Shown piece by piece: positions 60,101 to 64,000 of a stretch of 64,000 nucleotides of DNA. The stretch is from the IMG/VR virus record IMGVR_UViG_2786546795_000004. The stretch is one strand, 5' to 3'. The position numbers and the translations under genes are program-made. The notes below the pieces were generated by a model. It was not told the DNA's origin. It made no database searches and saw only the letters and a program-made list of their open reading frames with translations. Positions within the stretch are counted from its first letter, which is position 1. Each line of letters begins with the position of its first letter. The DNA is from an uncultured virus (IMG/VR IMGVR_UViG_2786546795_000004). Its lineage: Duplodnaviria; Heunggongvirae; Uroviricota; Caudoviricetes.

Positions 60101-60193
60101 ACCGCTTGCGCGAAGAACAACCATCGCTACTGCACAAGCAATAAAAGCAAATGGTGTTAATTGTAGTAGGGCTACTGTTTCAATCCCTATCAT
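57173..60193 (-). CDS. Tape measure protein
   Basis: 1006 aa, Ala-rich and helical; TP901-like core (L..AG..G..GG.ALR....RL.....LGI...D.NG..RPF..IL..L); follows the chaperone pair. Confidence 0.9.
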   Translation of the reverse strand: MIGIETVALLQLTPFAFIACAVAMVVLRASGSRVFFDVVGTFQATKMLKDAGATATVLESLYLDSLMGIQEAGAEIAQMFDFVDEVLPIAVEIENARVEFEKFVDNIDEAKALENEIQKIGLSFGFAADEAFEAGARMAQLSGVLGGQGSTAAGTEMGMMFGAISGMGTEAAMQRLINLNQQTKFMTKNIEEGMTAQEKSNVIKRDTIRVLDQLNTVENRSAATMSQITFVMNQFASQAHLTNESIGAMAAMSATLIEAGEEQGKGGRALRMIYARLGADTNGARTTIENLGIAVTDTNGDMRPFSRILQELAEHYNTLNGEQKMQLAQNVAGNRHYTRLIKLLENVDRVRELELEALLAQFPARQELERRLDSEVFAYERAEASLKNYSGAVGNALLPAMTAVIEQQALFNQTLASVLEGRLGKIASGIVMMSRLMSNFVGPTTQAIISIRTLSIALQTQNLVYRALRGEEIAGTHVKKEAILLTDTEVMAINEKTQALMLERQQIQANIVRQEAESISTKNSAASRGQYNRHLKESRAALAENTVALEQNTIELVDNGTATRSAAVSANLLEGAHLKGSMTAIKYSMGLGALGTGFMMFAEEEREMRIGMILTTTAMAIQMGQAYLSMKAMIAKAASEAAATATTNAHTWSTVQSTKALHTQAFAALKAKTSMLMMNKSMTATIAKFALLIAAVYAIEAVLDKLGLFGTADTTSMDNMGGQIADTALVMEYMTQETTALTAAFDENVNMINSMADATDSASIRIVNAKRAENAAIEEVLLARQLETMEFQNAEGAVNDYIKAQKELDRLEAGEGDNPIARLMAGLDDAMGGHYWEPLGLKIPGYSTFIKDFFTGGILSEREEAEKIVEDFAVDFVDLHEFMSTRSIESYEDLTNVVQEYVDTFNDFGKEDADGMVGALTTVTDGIHNFNNAREEMFFGFSADRLSGDLVRQVHQQGVETLITSTEVIMHNNFNGLTVPEVADQIIEEIESRGNMRGYTLNTATR

Positions 60194-60473
60194 CTAATCT
60201 ATCTCCACTCTTGTGTTCCCGTATGGGAACCCCGCTCTCTCTCAATGCGTCAAGAAGTTCGTTGTTGTTTGATAATAGTTTCCTTTGTTCTCTACGCTGG
60301 TCCCTACGCGCTACTGCGCCCTTTGCATCTGTTTTTGATGCTTCTTTGGTGGCCTCAGATATCTTATCATTTATCTCTGCCGCTACTAGAAGGTCCATTT
60401 CCATAAGGTGTCGCCCACCCTCTACAGAATACTTTAGCCATAGTTCTGACGGTAAAGTCCCCTTGTAAGCCAT
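60180..60473 (-). CDS. Tail assembly chaperone, frameshifted extension (gpT-like)
   Basis: Open in the -1 frame from the CCCTTTT site of the upstream gene; just before the TMP. Confidence 0.75.
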   Translation of the reverse strand: MAYKGTLPSELWLKYSVEGGRHLMEMDLLVAAEINDKISEATKEASKTDAKGAVARRDQRREQRKLLSNNNELLDALRESGVPIREHKSGDRLDDRD

Positions 60474-60490
60474 ACACAGGCTAGGCGCGA

Positions 60491-60844
60491 CTAAGAGGAA
60501 CTCTGAAAAGGGACTGAGCCTTCTGTATCGTCTCCACGAACAAACTGTAGAATAGTATTCAGTTCATCAAATGTTAACATATTTGGGTCTATATCTTCGT
60601 CAAGAATACATGGAGGAACCCAAGTTGATATCTGTGACTCTATACCGCCACCCATTTCATCAACTATAAGGGCAAACTCCTCGTTTTGCTCATCAGTCCA
60701 ATCTTCGGGGCTACCAGCGTGTCGCATCTTACGAAACGCTTTTCCTTGTATATTGGTTATCTTCAACCGTTCCATTCCCGAAGCCTGTCGAACCCATATC
60801 TTTCTTCCGTCGTCTAACTCTATCTCTTTCTTCATAACCGGCAT
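60491..60844 (-). CDS. Tail assembly chaperone (gpG-like)
   Basis: Start MPVMKKE at 60844; acidic; between tail tube and TMP; slippery heptamer 4 codons before the stop. Confidence 0.75.
   Translation of the reverse strand: MPVMKKEIELDDGRKIWVRQASGMERLKITNIQGKAFRKMRHAGSPEDWTDEQNEEFALIVDEMGGGIESQISTWVPPCILDEDIDPNMLTFDELNTILQFVRGDDTEGSVPFQSSS
60506..60512 (-). other. -1 programmed ribosomal frameshift site C CCU UUU
   Basis: X XXY YYZ in the correct phase; the -1 frame reads PFSEFLLVAPSLCMAYKG into the downstream ORF. Confidence 0.8.
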
Positions 60845-60895
60845 GGTTTTCACTCTCGCTAATCTAAGCCACACTATATGGCCTTAATAAAGAGT

Positions 60896-61087
60896 TCATT
60901 CTTCTTCATCAGCCTTAACAGGCTTGGGGGCTGCTTTAGGGGCAGCCTTTGGTGCTGCCTTAGCAGCCATAGGAAATCTTCGACAATACTTGAGAACTTG
61001 AGTCTTTGAGTCCATTTCAGCAATTGCTTTCATGGCTTCTTCGGGAATATCTTTCCCAAGATTTTTAGCCAATTCTACTAAATCCAT
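60896..61087 (-). CDS. Small protein with AAPK repeats
   Basis: 63 aa; GAGG SD; KAAPKAAPKAAPK. Confidence 0.65.
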   Translation of the reverse strand: MDLVELAKNLGKDIPEEAMKAIAEMDSKTQVLKYCRRFPMAAKAAPKAAPKAAPKPVKADEEE

Positions 61088-61096
61088 TCAAACGCC

Positions 61097-62125
61097 TCAG
61101 TAAGCAGAAGTTCCGACTGCGCCGCCCTTCATAGTGATGTTCATTGTTTTGTCCGCACCGCTTACTGTGTTATCGTAAAGAGCGATAAAATTAACAGACA
61201 TGGTGTTTGTGTCCCTTCCGCTTACATTTGCGCTTGGGGCCTCAAATCTTACATTGTATAGGTTAATATGAAGGTAGTTGTTTCCTCCATCCGACTCCTC
61301 AAGTAACTTAAGAATAATAGTGGGTGCATCAGCACCGTCAGACATACTTAGGCCATCAGCCTGTATAAGTGCGTCGTAGTCGGGTGTGTCGTCAGCCTGT
61401 GTTCCATAAATTACTTGATTCATTTCGATAGTACCGCTAACTTCCCTTCGCTGTGAAGGAGGGGCACGCTGATAAGTAGCACCACCAAGAGCATAAGCGT
61501 TGTCTGTATCTCTGTTTAGACTTACATCTAACGAAAATGACTTAACAGCCGCAGACGCAGTTCCTGCTGGTGAACCGGAACCGTCATCAAAGAAAACACT
61601 TCCGTTAGCGAAGTAAAGAGCATCTAAAGCATCTCCGTCAAAAGTAGCAGTTCCAAGTGCGCTTGTTGCGCTCTCAGACTTACCTACGAAGTCAGCCGAC
61701 AACATTACATACTCGCCAACACTTGCACTTATTGATAGGCTGCTCGCAACCATACCTGTGTATGTGTGTTCTTTCTGTTCCCTACCAACTCTAATTGTGT
61801 AGGAGTTGTATGTGTGAGAAGCAGTAGTAGGTTCATTAAACTCATGTGTGCTTGAACCGTAACTTGTTTGAGGGAAGAATGCTGCAAGAACATTTCCTGT
61901 GAAATCATCTATCTGAACAGCCATATTAAGACCACCCTCAGAATACTCAGTTCCCGTTACAGACTTTGATGCCGTATGACGGCTCATATCTTGCCGCGTT
62001 AGCAAATCGAAATTGTGTGCGAACGACTCATCATCTACTTCACCGTAAATGGGTGTGCCGGACGGCTCTGACCCATACGTTGATTCTTTTTCTATTGAAA
62101 CATATCTATTTAGAAACTCTACCAT
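61097..62125 (-). CDS. Major tail tube protein
   Basis: KESTYG..P N-terminus, YTG.....L.IS...G....LS.DF.G, REVSG.IE; position upstream of chaperones and TMP. Confidence 0.8.
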   Translation of the reverse strand: MVEFLNRYVSIEKESTYGSEPSGTPIYGEVDDESFAHNFDLLTRQDMSRHTASKSVTGTEYSEGGLNMAVQIDDFTGNVLAAFFPQTSYGSSTHEFNEPTTASHTYNSYTIRVGREQKEHTYTGMVASSLSISASVGEYVMLSADFVGKSESATSALGTATFDGDALDALYFANGSVFFDDGSGSPAGTASAAVKSFSLDVSLNRDTDNAYALGGATYQRAPPSQRREVSGTIEMNQVIYGTQADDTPDYDALIQADGLSMSDGADAPTIILKLLEESDGGNNYLHINLYNVRFEAPSANVSGRDTNTMSVNFIALYDNTVSGADKTMNITMKGGAVGTSAY

Positions 62126-62176
62126 AAGAATACCTCTATGTGTATCGTCTACGAGTAGGCTGACCTATAAACATTC

Positions 62177-63232
62177 TTATCTATGACGCATATCAATTCT
62201 ACGCATATAAGTAAGGTTAAGCACATGAACACAAACCACTTCGTCGTTATCCATTTTGGGGTCCAAATCAGCAGAATAATCAGTTATACTGTCTGTAGTG
62301 CCTTCGACACCAGTATTTGTGTATAGTTCATCAAATACTTCTCCCATAATGTTAAGTGCTTTACGGTAAGCGTTTTCATAATTAGTTCCTCTTACTGTAA
62401 TAAATACTTTTACTCCGTATTCTTGAGTAATTTTAGCGCCAGCAAGCGACTCAAACTCCGGTGAATTGAGGCTTTCTATCAAAACATGAATACTTGGAGA
62501 GCCTATTCTATTAAGCATATCAGAAGAAAGGTCATAACCATACACTATAGATGAATCATCAACTTGTGTTTTTAGGAAAGGACGAGGGCTATTTTTAAGT
62601 TGGTTTACTATTCCTATACCCATTCGTGCTAGAGTGTCTTGGGCAAAATCAGAAATTAGTAGTTCTTCCGGTGAAAAAGCACCAAACTTAGAGTAGTAAA
62701 CTGAGGCCCATTTAACGCTTCCGGTGGTGTTACCCCACCTTACTGTCTTTCCTGCCCCAGAGGACCCTGTAACGGTACTAAAAACGGCATTAGCGTCGTC
62801 GTCGTTAATTATCTCATGCGTATATAGTTTTGCAGTTCCATCTGAGGCAAGAGTTAATCTTAGGATAAGACTAACTGGTTTATCCTCAGCCATAGCAAGG
62901 TCTAAATCATTTACTGTTACAGTAGAAGTACCTACAAGAGAAAGGCTTGTGTTTGAGCCTGTTGATTGAACTTCTACTTTATGTGTACCATTATCTAGTC
63001 GCATAAGAACTTCACCACTATTAGGTGCAGTAGTATATTCTAAACACGCTAGTAGTGTATAGTCATTAGTAGTAGGTGTTATAGTCCATGTTCCATTCGT
63101 GATAACCCAGTTTCCGCCGGAAGCAGAACCGCCGCTACCGGACCAAGAATCATTAAAGGTTCCTGTTAGGCTTGCTGGGTTTGTGCCGTTCATACGACTA
63201 TTCCAATACTGAGTCTTTGTTGCTACAGCCAT
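62177..63232 (-). CDS. Tail terminator/completion-like protein with an N-terminal beta-sandwich domain
   Basis: C-terminal ~150 aa has a terminator-like pattern (PSIHV...Y.VKVFI...A......V.DEL); lectin-like N-terminus; immediately upstream of the tail tube gene. Confidence 0.5.
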   Translation of the reverse strand: MAVATKTQYWNSRMNGTNPASLTGTFNDSWSGSGGSASGGNWVITNGTWTITPTTNDYTLLACLEYTTAPNSGEVLMRLDNGTHKVEVQSTGSNTSLSLVGTSTVTVNDLDLAMAEDKPVSLILRLTLASDGTAKLYTHEIINDDDANAVFSTVTGSSGAGKTVRWGNTTGSVKWASVYYSKFGAFSPEELLISDFAQDTLARMGIGIVNQLKNSPRPFLKTQVDDSSIVYGYDLSSDMLNRIGSPSIHVLIESLNSPEFESLAGAKITQEYGVKVFITVRGTNYENAYRKALNIMGEVFDELYTNTGVEGTTDSITDYSADLDPKMDNDEVVCVHVLNLTYMRRIDMRHR

Positions 63233-63236
63233 TTAA

Positions 63237-63938
63237 TCACCTCTGACCCCTAAGCCTTTTCGCTGGGTCCTTTCTTATGCGCCCGAAATAAGCATACGGG
63301 GCTGTGATATCAAAAGAACCCCAACCTTCTTCTGTTAATTCAACAAGAGATGGTCCGCTTGAGTTCATTCTACTACCTCTTACACCACCTGTAGTTAATT
63401 CACCGCCCGAAGTTCCGTCTTCGCTTGACCCAGCAACATAAGAAGCAAATTGGTTATCACCGGCCCTACTAGGCCATGTTTCTTCAAAATCTAATGATTC
63501 GGCTATGGTGTCGTAAAGGTCCCACACCACCGCCGTACTTTCTTTAGCAATATAACCTGTTTCTTTATTGTCCCTGCTTTTGAAAGCACGCGACAAATCA
63601 GATATCTTAAGATTTGATTTTTCTTTAGCCTGTTTCATAACATCGGACATAAAATGACGCATCTTTTCCTTTATTTGGTCTGCTATATGTTTGTTACCGG
63701 CCTCATACGCTAATCTATCAAAGTAAGCGTTCAAATGTAATGGGCTGTCTTGCTTCTTTCTCATTCTAAGAGCGTTTTTGCCTGTGTGGGATATTTTGCC
63801 CCCCTCATATTGGGTCATAGACTCTACAGATTTTTTAAGTTCCTGCTCTCCCTTGTCTAATTGTTTAACAACATTTTTTCTAAATATCTCTATGGCCCCG
63901 ATACGAGGGAAGCCCGGATGATAAATACCCTTTATCAT
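63237..63938 (-). CDS. Hypothetical neck/tail-completion region protein
   Basis: 233 aa; AGGTG SD; position in the tail operon. Confidence 0.55.
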   Translation of the reverse strand: MIKGIYHPGFPRIGAIEIFRKNVVKQLDKGEQELKKSVESMTQYEGGKISHTGKNALRMRKKQDSPLHLNAYFDRLAYEAGNKHIADQIKEKMRHFMSDVMKQAKEKSNLKISDLSRAFKSRDNKETGYIAKESTAVVWDLYDTIAESLDFEETWPSRAGDNQFASYVAGSSEDGTSGGELTTGGVRGSRMNSSGPSLVELTEEGWGSFDITAPYAYFGRIRKDPAKRLRGQR

Positions 63939-64000
63939 CTCAACACCTAATCTACACTACCTAAATGAGCCAGCCTTTTAAGGTTCATCTCACCGCGTTC

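Larger units (their letters stand above)
1..64000. mobile_element. Tailed archaeal virus genome segment (Caudoviricetes; magrovirus-like, probable Marine Group II/Poseidoniales host)
   Basis: Portal, TerL, HK97-like MCP, tape measure and tail tube occur together with archaeal-type PolB, AEP primase, MCM, RFC and ERCC4 nuclease plus a chaperonin. TATA-like boxes lie about 28-32 nt before many ATGs (archaeal leaderless style). No cellular housekeeping genes. Confidence 0.85.

Overview
This 64 kb window looks like part of a tailed (HK97-type, probably siphovirus-like) archaeal virus genome. Its gene set and organisation most resemble magroviruses, the putative viruses of Marine Group II/Poseidoniales; this is inferred from gene content and promoter style, not from a database search. 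Layout: (1) 1-13.6 kb, minus strand: a giant collagen-like fibre gene missed by the ORF track, tail-fibre chaperone, head genes (MCP, protease/scaffold, portal). (2) 13.9-17.2 kb, plus strand: metallophosphoesterase and large terminase. (3) 17.4-23.8 kb, minus strand: an array of short promoter-gene-terminator cassettes embedded in about 57 copies of ACTACATAA(C). One cassette holds a highly base-paired ~250-nt RNA instead of an ORF. (4) 23.8-37.5 kb, plus strand: small genes behind a second promoter motif (ACGCTT-N6-CA, 54-55 nt before ATG), including DUF932, a DenV-like glycosylase, winged-helix paralogues and MCM. (5) 37.5-50.3 kb: replication module (RFC, RPA-like, GroES/GroEL, ATPase, clamp-like, PolB, Cas4-like nuclease, primase, ERCC4 nuclease) behind a third motif (AGTTTATATGTGT). 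(6) 50.3-64 kb, minus strand: tail genes with a -1 frameshift chaperone pair. Two homologous AT-rich palindromes (13.6 kb and 32.5 kb) are candidate origins. All coordinates and counts were read by hand and may be off by a few bases or copies.
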